The notes: generated by a model from the sequence alone, not told the origin. Counted from the first letter of the stretch, positions 38,895-49,181 are shown. The stretch: 64,000 nucleotides of DNA from Candidatus Levyibacteriota bacterium (GCA_963790825.1 CAWBPM010000004.1:94987-158986), one strand, 5' to 3'. Numbers and translations: made by a program.

Positions 38895-39195
38895 ATTCTC
38901 AGCCAGTACAAAAAAGCGGCTCGCAATCACGGGTCCAAATTGATAAACAAACGCTTCAAAATGATTTTCCTTTAACAAAATGGACACCCCTTACTACAAA
39001 TGATTATAAAATATATTATCCTGACAAAAAAAAGCACTTCGGGTAAATATACTAAACCCAAACATAGATACAACAACCATAGAACAAGAAGTAACGGATT
39101 GGATCCAGAGTAAAGGCGTAGACCCCACAACATATACAATCACCTACTATAGTGTTAGCGGCCAACAAATAGCCATACAAACTGCTTCAAAATAA
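38894..39195 (+). pseudogene. Truncated, frameshifted paralog of the C-terminal domain of 36884-37468 and 38166-38894
   Basis: Translates ...NDFPLTKWTPLTTNDYKIYYPDKK / (A8 at 39026-39033) / ALRVNILNP...EVTDWIQSKGVDPTTYTITY...*; no start codon. Confidence 0.65.
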
Positions 39196-39202
39196 TCTAC
39201 CA

Positions 39203-40318
39203 TTACTGCTGGATCCTAACCGGCATGACGAGGTGGAGAAAAGAGGGGTCGTCTTTTATTTTAAATACCCCGGGGTTTAAGGGTCCTGTCATTTCAAACA
39301 CTAGGTTGTCTGCTTCGATATTTGAAAAACAATCAAGAAGATAGTGGGCGTTAAAGGCTATTTCATTCTCTTCGCCTTTTATTTGCGCTTCCACCTCAAC
39401 CATATTCTCCCCAACTGATGCTGCTTGGGAAGAAACAATAATTTTTCCATTACTTAGTGAAAACCTGATAATATTTGCGCTGTCTCTGGCAAAAATAGAA
39501 CAGATCTTTACTGCTTTTAGCATTTCCTCCCTATCAAATTCTGCTTTAACTGAAAATTCGGTCGGAATGATTTTTGCAAACGGCGGAAACTCCGCTTCAA
39601 TAAGACGCCCAATAAGAATTGTATCTTCCTGCTCAAAAAGAATTTGATTACTTTGCTCTCCGACATACATTGACACTTTTTCTCCGTTTTTTAGGGCTAT
39701 AAGTTCGCGAAACACCCGGGACGGAACAATCATCGACCCATCTTCTTCCGACGCATCCTGGGGCGGAAGAGAAAGAGCGTAGTGCTTAAGAGAGAGACGA
39801 TACCCGTCGGTCGCAACCAAAAGAAATCCCTCCTTTTCCCGCCTGATCAAAACACCGGATAGCGCAGGACGGGCGGTATCATTACTGGAAGCAAAAATAA
39901 CTGAGGCAAAGTCCCCTTTAAGATCCGCTGTCTGAATCGTAGCAACCAGATTACCGCGATTTTCATAAAGTTTTGGGAAATCTTCCGCCGGAATTGTTTG
40001 AAATATGCTTTTACTTTTTTTACTGTGGACTTCCAAGATCTGGTCTTTTGTTTCTATGGTTATTTTCTCTGACACAAGAGATCCAATTAGCTCAGTAAAG
40101 GTTTTTGCAGGAACCGTCGTTGCCCCCTCTTCGTTTACGTCCACTGGAATTTGAATCTGTACTCCAATTTCCAGATCAGTACTACTAATACAAAGCGTTC
40201 CGTCTTTTACTTTTAAGAGGATATTAAGAAGTATAGGTAGTTGGCTTTTCGTAGAGATAGCATGAGTTACTAAGGAAAGTTTTTTTTGTAAAGTTTCTGC
40301 CAAGAGCGTTATCTTCAT
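39203..40318 (-). CDS. dnaN: DNA polymerase III beta sliding clamp
   Basis: STDLEIG, VATDGYRLS, RLIEAEFP, IAFNA.YL, LVMPVR. Confidence 0.97.
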   Translation of the reverse strand: MKITLLAETLQKKLSLVTHAISTKSQLPILLNILLKVKDGTLCISSTDLEIGVQIQIPVDVNEEGATTVPAKTFTELIGSLVSEKITIETKDQILEVHSKKSKSIFQTIPAEDFPKLYENRGNLVATIQTADLKGDFASVIFASSNDTARPALSGVLIRREKEGFLLVATDGYRLSLKHYALSLPPQDASEEDGSMIVPSRVFRELIALKNGEKVSMYVGEQSNQILFEQEDTILIGRLIEAEFPPFAKIIPTEFSVKAEFDREEMLKAVKICSIFARDSANIIRFSLSNGKIIVSSQAASVGENMVEVEAQIKGEENEIAFNAHYLLDCFSNIEADNLVFEMTGPLNPGVFKIKDDPSFLHLVMPVRIQQ

Positions 40319-40567
40319 ATATTACTACTTGTAGTTGTAGTAGTGTATATGGAAAAGTGGAAAATTGCAAGAGAAGCTTACCCCATAATACAACAAAAAA
40401 CAGAGAACACTTTTTTATTAAAAGCTAAATATTGAAAGACAGCAGACTTAATTTGTGCAATAATAAATAATTAGCTGATAAACAACAGGTATAAAAAATG
40501 TGGAAAAAAAGTTGATATTTTTGGGCATAACTTGTTAATAAGGTAATTGATGGGTTATCCCCCTTTT
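40319..40567. other. Probable oriC (dnaA-dnaN intergenic part): AT-rich, degenerate DnaA boxes, DnaA-trio-like repeats
   Basis: TGTGGAAAA, TGGGCATAA, TGTTAATAA, TTATCCCCC, AGTGGAAAA; GTAGTTGTAGTAGT next to the dnaN start. Confidence 0.75.
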
Positions 40568-41917
40568 CTACCCATGAAGTTTTAAAGTTATCCCCGCGAT
40601 ATCCTCTGCCACCATGGTTTTATCAGATGTTAATTTCTCCATCTTCCCCACCCCATACATGATGGTTGTATGATCTCTGCCACCTAAAATATTCCCAATC
40701 TCCATTAAAGTAAGTCCCAACTCATGTTTTAAAAGAAACATGGTCACTTGTCTGGCGCGAACCAAGCCGGCATCTCGCTTTGGTCCTTTGAGTTGAGTTG
40801 ATTTAACGTCGTAAAACACACAAACCGCCTTGATAATATCGTCAGCATAGAGATGTTCCCGCTTTTCCTGGATTTGCTGCCCCAGTGCTTTTTTTGCCAA
40901 CTCAATACTTATTGGACTGTTTTCTATCATTGCCTGAGAGATAACACGGGTCAAAAGCCCCTCTAATGTTCTTGTGTCTGAAGCGGAGTCAGCCAGGATT
41001 TTTGCAACCTCAATCGGCAATTCATGACCGAACTTCTCCGCCTTTTTTTGTAAAATTGCGGTTTTTAACTCAAAATCTGGCGGACTTATATCAACCGTTA
41101 GTCCACCGGCAAACCGGGAAGAGAGTCGTTTTTCAATTTTTTTAATTTCTTGCGGAGGCCGATCAGAAGACAAGCAGATCTGTGAATTATTGTCAATTAA
41201 AATATTAAAAGTATGAAATAGCTCTTCCTGCACCCGTTCTTTTCCTTCAATAAACTGAATGTCGTCAATTAAAAGTAGGCTGGATGTGCGAAAACGTTTC
41301 TTCATTCGGGCAGTATCGTTATTGCGAATTGCATCAATGACCTCATTGGTAAATTCTTCACTCGTGATGTAGATAATTTTTCTTTCCGGGGTTTTTTGAT
41401 ACACATGATTGGCAATTGCGTGCATTAAATGTGTCTTTCCTACCCCAACCGGACCATAGATAAAAAATGGATTATATGACGTGCCGATATGATTGGCAAC
41501 AGTTGTTGCGGAGGCAAATGCCAATTCGTTCGTCGAAGGGGACACCGCAAAGTTTTCAAATGTATATTCAGGTCGTACTCTGGGAAGATGCCCCACCGTT
41601 GTGGGTTGACTGGGGACGGAATTTTCAAAAAGCGGACCGGTTGGGGTATTTATTTTCTCAGACAAGATATGTTTGGGGATAAAAACTAAGGTTAAGTTGC
41701 GTTTTGTCTGTGCGTCAAGCGCTGCTTTAATTTCTGCAGAGAAGCGTTTTTTAAGTAAATCAATTACTATCAGCGATGGTGCGGCAATAGTGGCAGAGTC
41801 CTTATCAAGCGATAAAAGCGCAGTGGATTTAAAAAAAGTAAAAAAATTGGCCTTAGAAACGGATTTTTCCAAATCCGCAAGCACCTGTTTCCAAAGTGTT
41901 GTTGTGTCAATATCCAT
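40568..41917 (-). CDS. dnaA: Chromosomal replication initiator DnaA
   Basis: YTFENF, YNPFFIYGPVGVGKTHL, LLIDDIQF, QEELFHTFN, GGRDHTT; start set at MDIDTTTLW. Confidence 0.97.
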   Translation of the reverse strand: MDIDTTTLWKQVLADLEKSVSKANFFTFFKSTALLSLDKDSATIAAPSLIVIDLLKKRFSAEIKAALDAQTKRNLTLVFIPKHILSEKINTPTGPLFENSVPSQPTTVGHLPRVRPEYTFENFAVSPSTNELAFASATTVANHIGTSYNPFFIYGPVGVGKTHLMHAIANHVYQKTPERKIIYITSEEFTNEVIDAIRNNDTARMKKRFRTSSLLLIDDIQFIEGKERVQEELFHTFNILIDNNSQICLSSDRPPQEIKKIEKRLSSRFAGGLTVDISPPDFELKTAILQKKAEKFGHELPIEVAKILADSASDTRTLEGLLTRVISQAMIENSPISIELAKKALGQQIQEKREHLYADDIIKAVCVFYDVKSTQLKGPKRDAGLVRARQVTMFLLKHELGLTLMEIGNILGGRDHTTIMYGVGKMEKLTSDKTMVAEDIAGITLKLHG

Positions 41918-42020
41918 ACGGTGAATACATAGAACAGAAATAATTATCGGGAAGAAGATGAATGGTAAAAAAAACAAATGCGCTTATCATAGTAACTACC
42001 GGTACCATGCAGTGTAATAA

Positions 42021-42029
42021 TGTGGATAA
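42021..42029 (-). promoter_or_regulatory. Perfect DnaA box (TTATCCACA) upstream of dnaA
   Basis: TGTGGATAA on the + strand. Confidence 0.85.
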
Positions 42030-42060
42030 CTCTTTGTCAAGTAGGAAAAGCTCTTTATCT

Positions 42061-42089
42061 TTGACCGATAATCCCTTTTCTGCTATACT
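42061..42089 (+). promoter_or_regulatory. Sigma70 promoter of the rpmH operon
   Basis: TTGACC-17bp-TATACT with extended TG; 9 nt before the rpmH ATG. Confidence 0.7.
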
Positions 42090-42098
42090 CAGATCAGA

Positions 42099-42233
42099 AT
42101 GGAAAAATCAATCAAATTAAAAAAGAAAAAACGCATACGAAAGCACGGTTTTATGAGTCGGATGAGCTCGTATGGCGGAGAGAAAGTGCTCAAAAGACGG
42201 AGAAACAGAAAAAGAGCAAGTTTGTCCTTATAA
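42099..42233 (+). CDS. rpmH: 50S ribosomal protein L34
   Basis: Manual translation MEKSIKLKKKKRIRKHGFMSRMSSYGGEKVLKRRRNRKRASLSL*; canonical position. Confidence 0.93.
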   Translation: MEKSIKLKKKKRIRKHGFMSRMSSYGGEKVLKRRRNRKRASLSL

Positions 42234-42251
42234 AACCACACATCCTATCTC

Positions 42252-42581
42252 ATGTTTAAAAAAATATACCGTTTACCCTCTCACGCGAGAATTATTGCAA
42301 AGTACTCAGCCCGCACACCTTTTTTTACACTTATTGCAGCTCCGAACAACACGCTGGTTAGCAGATTTGGTTTTATTATAAGTAAAAGAGTAGAAAAGCG
42401 GGCTACCGGCAGAAACAGGACTAAACGAATTTTCCGGTCATATGTTGAGACCCTGTGGGAACGCATTTTACCGGGATACGACTTTTTATTTATTATTCAT
42501 GATACAATAGGTTCAACTAAAAACGTCTTTTCCTGCGAACAGTTGGAAAAGGAACTGCAAAAAGGGAGATTTTTAAAATGA
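42252..42581 (+). CDS. rnpA: Ribonuclease P protein component
   Basis: RFGFIISKRVEKRATGRNRTKR (RNR motif); synteny. Confidence 0.92.
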   Translation: MFKKIYRLPSHARIIAKYSARTPFFTLIAAPNNTLVSRFGFIISKRVEKRATGRNRTKRIFRSYVETLWERILPGYDFLFIIHDTIGSTKNVFSCEQLEKELQKGRFLK

Positions 42582-42787
42582 AACAATTGATATTGGGTAT
42601 GATTAGCATTTACGCAATTTTTATCTCGCCGATTCTTAAACAGCTGATTGCCAGTCCGCGGATGTGCCGCTATACCCCTTCCTGCTCAGCTTATACAGCC
42701 GGCGTTATTAATAAATATGGGGTGGCAAGAGGCTTATTGTACGGATTGAAACGATTTCTTTCCTGTCAGCCATTTAGCGGGGCATAA
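42578..42787 (+). CDS. yidD: Membrane protein insertion efficiency factor YidD
   Basis: ISP...CRYTPSCSAY...KYG...G..R...CQPF. Confidence 0.92.
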   Translation: MKQLILGMISIYAIFISPILKQLIASPRMCRYTPSCSAYTAGVINKYGVARGLLYGLKRFLSCQPFSGA

Positions 42788-42793
42788 AAACAT

Positions 42794-43621
42794 ATGGGAA
42801 ATTTCTTTGCAACTTTTTTTACTAATCCTATCTTAAATATTTTGGTTTTCATTTACCAGGGATTATCTTTTTTACATATTCCCTATGCACTTGGCTTCTC
42901 AATTATTATATTAACTGTTGTGATCCGATTTATTCTCTATCCGTTAACAGCAGCACAACTTAAGTCTTCAAAAAAAATGCAGGCAGTTGCTCCTCATATC
43001 AATAAACTGAAAGAGAAACATAAAGGCGATATGAAGCGGATCCAGGAGGAAACTATGCTGCTATATAAAGAGCATGGGGTAAATCCTGTGGCAGGATGTC
43101 TGCCTGCGTTAATTCAACTTCCGGTGATTTGGGCACTTTACGCGGTGCTTAGGCAAATTGTTGGAACAGGCAACCATCAAACGCTTGCACAACTAAATAA
43201 AGTAATTTACTTCGGAAACCTAAAATTACATGCACTTTGGAGTCCAGATTTTTTTGGTGTGTCCTTAGGGCAATCCCCAGCTCACCTTATTGCCACAGCC
43301 GGTCCGGTGGTGCTTTTAGTGCCGCTTCTTACCGGACTGTTTCAGTTTCTGCAAACCAAAATGATGTTCCCCGTTCAGCCCCCGGTGCCTAAAACAAATA
43401 ACGACAAAAAAGATGAAACTGACTTTGCCGCAAGTTTTCAGTCCCAATCCCTTTACCTTTTTCCGATTATGATCGGCTATCTGTCCTACAAGTTTCAATT
43501 TGGTTTATCTTTGTACTGGAATACCTTTACGATTTTTGGTATCATACAGCAATACAAAGTTGCGGGTTTAGGCGGAATTGAACCCTGGATACAAAAAACA
43601 AAAAAGATTTTAAAAAAATAA
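42794..43621 (+). CDS. yidC: YidC/Oxa1 membrane protein insertase
   Basis: IR.ILYPL, LYKEHGVNP.AGCLP.LIQLP, GLSLYW. Confidence 0.95.
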   Translation: MGNFFATFFTNPILNILVFIYQGLSFLHIPYALGFSIIILTVVIRFILYPLTAAQLKSSKKMQAVAPHINKLKEKHKGDMKRIQEETMLLYKEHGVNPVAGCLPALIQLPVIWALYAVLRQIVGTGNHQTLAQLNKVIYFGNLKLHALWSPDFFGVSLGQSPAHLIATAGPVVLLVPLLTGLFQFLQTKMMFPVQPPVPKTNNDKKDETDFAASFQSQSLYLFPIMIGYLSYKFQFGLSLYWNTFTIFGIIQQYKVAGLGGIEPWIQKTKKILKK

Positions 43622-43622
43622 T

Positions 43623-44078
43623 ATGCCGGAAGACAAACAAGTAGTTATACACAGTACGGTTTCAGAATTATTCCACAAGCTGGATATCAGCGGAACGTTT
43701 GAGCTGGTAGAGCGTGACGATATCGTTGAGGTAGTTTTAACTACGCAAGAAAGCGGTATGGTTATCGGATACCATGGTGAGACCTTAGACGCAATGCAAT
43801 TCCTGCTCTCTTTAATGGTCGCAAAGAAACTGGGAAGTTTTGTCAGGATATCACTGGAAGTCGGCGACTATAAAAAGAATAGAAGCGAATATCTTGAAAG
43901 ATTGGCTATCCAAGTAAAAGAACGGGTGTTAGCCGAAGGGCGCGAGCATACACTACCCGATCTCAAACCTTGGGAACGGCGTATTGTTCACTTGATTCTT
44001 CAAGATGATGATGAAGTTACCTCCGAATCAATTGGCGAAGGGAAAGAGCGGGTTTTGGTGGTCAAGCCAAAAGCTTAA
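43623..44078 (+). CDS. jag: Jag/KhpB (KH + R3H) RNA-binding protein
   Basis: IGYHGETLDAMQ KH motif; ERRIVH R3H motif; S.GEG..R. Confidence 0.9.
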   Translation: MPEDKQVVIHSTVSELFHKLDISGTFELVERDDIVEVVLTTQESGMVIGYHGETLDAMQFLLSLMVAKKLGSFVRISLEVGDYKKNRSEYLERLAIQVKERVLAEGREHTLPDLKPWERRIVHLILQDDDEVTSESIGEGKERVLVVKPKA

Positions 44079-45351
44079 AACCAGTCTTTTTTACTTTACG
44101 CTCCTTTTTTTACCCACTCAGCTTGGTAAACATTTCTGGCCATCCTTTGCTTTTCTGGAAGGTATTAAAATTGATTACCTTTCCCCCACGCTTTACCTAA
44201 CCGATATCAGCACCCTTTTTTTGTTTTTTTTATCTTTGACATCTATAAGAAAAAGATTTATTTTTTCTGCTATTTCCCAACCCAAAATAATTATTTTTTT
44301 AGGATTTATACTTCTTCTCCTCTTTGTGTCACTTATCTCGCTTAGTCCCCAGGAAGTAATCTATGGTCTTATTAAACTACTGGAGATGATATTTTTTGCA
44401 ATTGTCTGTGCCAAATACATACAAAACAAAAAATCTTTTACCAAAGTAGTTTATCTTTTCTCGATCGGTGTTTTAATAGAATCCGGTCTTGCCATAGGGC
44501 AAAGTATCCACCAAAGTTCGCTCGGTGGTTGGTGGTATTTTCTGGGAGAGCGGACGTTTACGGCTCAGACGCTCGGTATTGCCAACGCAGCCATTCACGG
44601 CATTTTGCTACTTCGTCCTTATGGTACGTTTTCTCATCCAAATGTTTTGGCGGGGTACCTGGTTATTAGTTTGTGCTTAATTGCTTCCTGGGTCGTTTTG
44701 AATTTTCGCCGTCTTAATTTAGCAAAAAGAATATATTTTCTTTTGCTTTTTTTATCAGGCATTTGCGCGCTGATCCTATCTCTGAGCAGAGTAGCAATCA
44801 CCGCGTTTGTAATTGTCGGAGTTTTGTTCCTTCTCTTTAACCGGGCAATAGTTCACAAAAACCGTTTTCATCTTCTCTTTTTTATCCTGCTATTTATTCT
44901 TGTTGTTCTGTTTATTTCTCCGCTCGGCTATCGATTTTTGCAGCTCTCACTCACAGACGAGACATATACGCTTCGTCGAACTCTCGCCCTTGAGTCACTG
45001 CAAATTTTTTGGCTCCATCCGTTGTTAGGCGTGGGCTTACAAAACTTTTTACCGGCACTTATAAAACTTCATCCCGACACTCCCCTTTCTTTTTTACAGC
45101 CGGTTCATAACATTTATCTTCTTACCCTTTCTCAAACCGGCATTATCGGTGCCATCTATTTTCTCTCATTTCTATTTAAAACATATTCTCTGCTTCTCAA
45201 AAAAATAAAACACAATGCCCCCCGCTCGATGATTTCACTCACGCTTTTATCGCTCGTTCTTTTTATCGGTTTATTCGATCATTATTTTCTGACCCTACAG
45301 CAGGGACAATTGCTATTTGCCTTTATCCTGGGACTCAGTTGGAAAAAGTAG
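44005..45351 (+). CDS. O-antigen ligase (Wzy_C) family membrane protein
   Basis: RPYGTFSHPNVLAGYL, SLSR, PLLGVG..NF, PVHNIYL; start uncertain (overlaps jag). Confidence 0.85.
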   Translation: MMMKLPPNQLAKGKSGFWWSSQKLKTSLFYFTLLFLPTQLGKHFWPSFAFLEGIKIDYLSPTLYLTDISTLFLFFLSLTSIRKRFIFSAISQPKIIIFLGFILLLLFVSLISLSPQEVIYGLIKLLEMIFFAIVCAKYIQNKKSFTKVVYLFSIGVLIESGLAIGQSIHQSSLGGWWYFLGERTFTAQTLGIANAAIHGILLLRPYGTFSHPNVLAGYLVISLCLIASWVVLNFRRLNLAKRIYFLLLFLSGICALILSLSRVAITAFVIVGVLFLLFNRAIVHKNRFHLLFFILLFILVVLFISPLGYRFLQLSLTDETYTLRRTLALESLQIFWLHPLLGVGLQNFLPALIKLHPDTPLSFLQPVHNIYLLTLSQTGIIGAIYFLSFLFKTYSLLLKKIKHNAPRSMISLTLLSLVLFIGLFDHYFLTLQQGQLLFAFILGLSWKK

Positions 45352-45531
45352 CGTTTAGCTTGTATTGATAAGCTTATTTCTTTGTGACTGTCTGCCCGAA
45401 AAAATACCAGAAAAAATTAGCTTGATTTGACAAGCTAAAAGAAAAATTCCCGATACGGTTTTTTAAACAGTCTCGATCTGGACATTGTCTCCCCAGTCTC
45501 CTAGAATGAAATTACAGGGAGTAATTATCAC

Positions 45532-48210
45532 ATGAATACAACTCGTCTTTTTATCGCAGAGAAAAAACAGTCATTGCCTGTCCTTATCGTTGACAAGGGA
45601 GGAAGACTTGGACATATGCAGGAAAAACTTGGACATATGCTGGCTGCAAAAATTAGCACAAGCATGATTACGGTTCTGGTATCTGAGAGCGAGCCCGTGT
45701 CCGAACAGGTAGTTTTTATTCCCTACAAAAATCGGATGCCGGCGATTCCCGACAGTTTATTCTCCCATATATTTTTATTCTACTCCGGCGACAAAGATCT
45801 GCTTGGTCTCTTGCCGTCATTTTGTAAAAAGGCCAGGGAAAGTAGGGGCAAGTGCTTTCTTCTCATTTCTATCCGTGAGGTTGATGAACAGGTTCTCTCA
45901 GCGCTTAAACACCACGAGCACCAACTTTCCGTTTTGTTTTATGGTGATTTATTCTCCGACTCTGAATTTTTCCCCGGACCCATCACTGCTATGCTGGAGC
46001 AAGCAAAAATTGAACAGCAGGTTTCGCTGAGCGGCGAAGGACTCTCGCTTTGGTACCCGGTTGAAATATCGGATTTTCTTGATATTGTTATAAGTATTGG
46101 TTTCGGCAATCAGACTACAGATCACGAGCTCTGCCTATTCCCCAGACATGCTTATACAGAACTCTCCCTCTTCCGTTTATTGCTGCAAAAAAATCCGCTG
46201 CTAAAAGTCCGTTTCCAAAAAGAGAAAAATACAACGCATTCGGCTTTTATTCCTCCGACGGGACAATATCTGTTGCCCGCGTCTTACCAGGTAGAGAAAA
46301 AATTAGTGAAGACTTTTTCTTTACTTTCCGAAACCGCAAAAGCAAAAAAGAATATATTGAGGGGAAGAGATAAAAGGTGGAAAAACCCCGGGACATTTAT
46401 TTTTGTTTGTTTTCTGGCGTTTCTTTGTCTCCCCTTTTTATTAAGTGTCATATTCGGATTCTTTGGCATCTTCCTTTTGCAAGCTGCAGAGCGGCAAAGT
46501 GTTAATATTAACGCCTCCGAAGAGCTTATTCAGGCTTCCCAGATATTTTTTGCTATTTCCGACCAGGCAAAAAAAATTGATTTGCTTGGGAACTTTGTGC
46601 CGATTTCTCAGTCCGGCAGGTTGTCGGAATTGTCCAGTGCTGGTCGGGAAATCGCGAGCATACTCGATGATGAAGTCCAAATAAAAATACTTTTGGCAGG
46701 GATAGCCACCGGTACGAACAGTAATCCGATTACCGATTCCGAAGGAGTACTTGGATTAATCCGTCACGGCCTACTTACAGGGCGCAGTTTGCTGCTTGAA
46801 GGGGTTTTGCCAAATGCACTTAGTGAGAAAGTAGAAGGAATTGATAGGTCTCTAAGTCCGGCAATGGGAATTGCCGACTCTCTGCCTAATCTTCTGGGTT
46901 TTCAAGGAGAGAAAAAATACTTGGTACTATTCCAAAACAACATGGAACTTCGTCCGGGCGGAGGGTTTATCGGTTCCTACGCAATTTTAGAGGTAAAAAA
47001 TGGCAAAGTGATAAGCCTCAAAGTTTATGATGTGTATAGTGCTGATGGACAATTGAAGGGACACATAGAGCCGCCATTTGCGCTTCGTAGGTATGTGGGA
47101 GTTAAACACTGGTTTCTTAGGGATAGTAATTTTTCTGTTGATTTTCCCGAAGATGCGAAAGACGCGGCGAGTTTCCTGTCTTTGGAAACCGGTGAAAAAG
47201 TTGACGGTGTCATCGCGATAGACACATCATTTCTGCGTTCTCTACTTGTGTTAACCGGGCCAATAACTTTACCCGACTATCACGCGACCATTACTCCCGA
47301 TAATTTTTTCCTACTCACCGAGGAGCACTCGGAGCAAAATTTCTTCCCGGGTTCAACCCAAAAAACAGATTTTCTGCACGCATTCTATACCGCACTGCTT
47401 TTGCGTTTTTCAAGCGCGCTCTCCATGCAGGAAACAATAAAAACAATAGTTAGTCAAGCCGAACAAAAACACCTAATGTTTGTTTCAGCCGACACAGGAA
47501 TAGAGCAATTGTTTACAGTGAATGATTTTTCAGGTTCCCTCTGGGACAATAGGATAAATGACGGCAAAAACATTAATGATTTTCTTGCCGTAATTGATGC
47601 AAATGTCGGACTGAATAAAGCAAATTATTATGTGCATCGTTCTATTACGCAAAATATTACTATTGATAAGAAGCTAAATACGTCCGGACAAGCAAGTGTG
47701 ACCTGGAAAAACACCAGCACAAATACAAGTGAGTTCGGGGGAGATTATAAAAACTATGTGCGCTTTGTTTTACCCGTGGGAACACAAATTACCAAGATTG
47801 AAGTTGACGGACAGGAGAGAAAAACAACCCCTGCGATTACCGATTCTGCGGTTTATGAAAGTAAAACATTTACCCCGCCTCAAGAACTTGAGATTGAGCA
47901 GACCTCAGATGGAGGGAAAAGCGTTTTTGCTTTTTTAGTTGTTGTGCCGGTTGGACAGACCAGGAAGGTGAGTGTTTTTTATAATTTACCTCCTTTTGTA
48001 TCCCAAGATTCGCAGGACTTCTTGTATAACCTGACTGTTTATAAACAGCCCGGAGAAGAGACTGAGCAGTACAGTTTATCGTTTACGTATCCTGATTTTT
48101 TGCAAATTGTGAATAAAAGCCCAGGTTTTATGCCAAGCGGGAATGGAGAGAGTTTTCTTTCCGAACTGGATACAGATCAGAATGTTCAGATTATGCTGTC
48201 AAGAAAATAG
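45532..48210 (+). CDS. DUF4012-domain protein with degenerate N-terminal NAD-epimerase-like region
   Basis: YLVLFQNNMELRPGGGFIGS, RDSNFS.DFP, VDGVIAID, NK.NYY, Y.NY.R. Confidence 0.85.
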   Translation: MNTTRLFIAEKKQSLPVLIVDKGGRLGHMQEKLGHMLAAKISTSMITVLVSESEPVSEQVVFIPYKNRMPAIPDSLFSHIFLFYSGDKDLLGLLPSFCKKARESRGKCFLLISIREVDEQVLSALKHHEHQLSVLFYGDLFSDSEFFPGPITAMLEQAKIEQQVSLSGEGLSLWYPVEISDFLDIVISIGFGNQTTDHELCLFPRHAYTELSLFRLLLQKNPLLKVRFQKEKNTTHSAFIPPTGQYLLPASYQVEKKLVKTFSLLSETAKAKKNILRGRDKRWKNPGTFIFVCFLAFLCLPFLLSVIFGFFGIFLLQAAERQSVNINASEELIQASQIFFAISDQAKKIDLLGNFVPISQSGRLSELSSAGREIASILDDEVQIKILLAGIATGTNSNPITDSEGVLGLIRHGLLTGRSLLLEGVLPNALSEKVEGIDRSLSPAMGIADSLPNLLGFQGEKKYLVLFQNNMELRPGGGFIGSYAILEVKNGKVISLKVYDVYSADGQLKGHIEPPFALRRYVGVKHWFLRDSNFSVDFPEDAKDAASFLSLETGEKVDGVIAIDTSFLRSLLVLTGPITLPDYHATITPDNFFLLTEEHSEQNFFPGSTQKTDFLHAFYTALLLRFSSALSMQETIKTIVSQAEQKHLMFVSADTGIEQLFTVNDFSGSLWDNRINDGKNINDFLAVIDANVGLNKANYYVHRSITQNITIDKKLNTSGQASVTWKNTSTNTSEFGGDYKNYVRFVLPVGTQITKIEVDGQERKTTPAITDSAVYESKTFTPPQELEIEQTSDGGKSVFAFLVVVPVGQTRKVSVFYNLPPFVSQDSQDFLYNLTVYKQPGEETEQYSLSFTYPDFLQIVNKSPGFMPSGNGESFLSELDTDQNVQIMLSRK

Positions 48211-48266
48211 AAGGTGTAAATTGATAAACAGTCGGAAAGTTAACAGGGCGGCGGGGCCAGAAAAAT

Positions 48267-49181
48267 ATGGGCATTTTTACAATAATACTGATTGTTGTCG
48301 GGCTAAGTTTATTTGAGGTAGCTTCAAGTGTTGATAATGCAATTATTAATGCCGAAGTCCTTTCAACGCTTGGTAAAAAAGCAAAAAGGTGGTTTCTCAC
48401 CTGGGGGCTTTTAGTGTCGGTGTTTGTTGTGCGCGGGCTATTGCCTTGGGGTATTGTCTGGATTACTATGCCGCGTTTGGGGCCAATAGGTGCTTTCACA
48501 GCCTCTTTTAGCAGCGACCCTAAGGTATATAGAGCTGTTGCGGATGCCTCCCCGATTCTTTTAATTGCTGGTGGAACATTCTTACTGTTTTTGTTTATTC
48601 GTTGGTTATTTTTAGAGGAAAAATCATATGGACTTTGGGGCGAACGCTTCTTTTATGAGCGGGGAGTTTGGTTTTTTGCTATTGTGTCGGCTATTTTATC
48701 ACTTCTAGTTTTTCTTTCTCTCCACATCAATCCTCCTATGGCTTTTGGGGCAGTGATAGGATCAACCTGTTTCTTTCTTGTGCATGGGTTTCAAGAGAAT
48801 GCTGAAAAAGAGGAGCGGGAGCTTATCCATAAGGGAGATATCTCAGACACGAGCAAGCTGTTTTACTTAACAATTATCGACGCTACGTTTTCCCTGGACG
48901 GAGTGCTTGGCGCATTCGCTTTTACCCTTTCAATACCGCTAATCTTAATCGGAAGCGGACTAGGAGCAGTGGTTGTCAGACAACTAACGGTAAGTAATAT
49001 GACTAAAGTTAAAAAATATATTTTCTTAAAAAACGGAGCAATGTATTCAATCTTCTTTTTATCGCTCATTATGATCCTAAATAGTTTTGCTTTTCACATC
49101 CCCAGTTTTATTTCGCCGGTTATGACGCTTCTGATCGTCGGCAGTTTCTTCTATAAATCAACCCAGTCAAAACCAGACTAA
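48267..49181 (+). CDS. DUF475/TerC-family integral membrane protein
   Basis: EV.SSVDNAIINA, FLTWG, DATFSLDGVLGAFA, LKNGAMYSI. Confidence 0.88.
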   Translation: MGIFTIILIVVGLSLFEVASSVDNAIINAEVLSTLGKKAKRWFLTWGLLVSVFVVRGLLPWGIVWITMPRLGPIGAFTASFSSDPKVYRAVADASPILLIAGGTFLLFLFIRWLFLEEKSYGLWGERFFYERGVWFFAIVSAILSLLVFLSLHINPPMAFGAVIGSTCFFLVHGFQENAEKEERELIHKGDISDTSKLFYLTIIDATFSLDGVLGAFAFTLSIPLILIGSGLGAVVVRQLTVSNMTKVKKYIFLKNGAMYSIFFLSLIMILNSFAFHIPSFISPVMTLLIVGSFFYKSTQSKPD

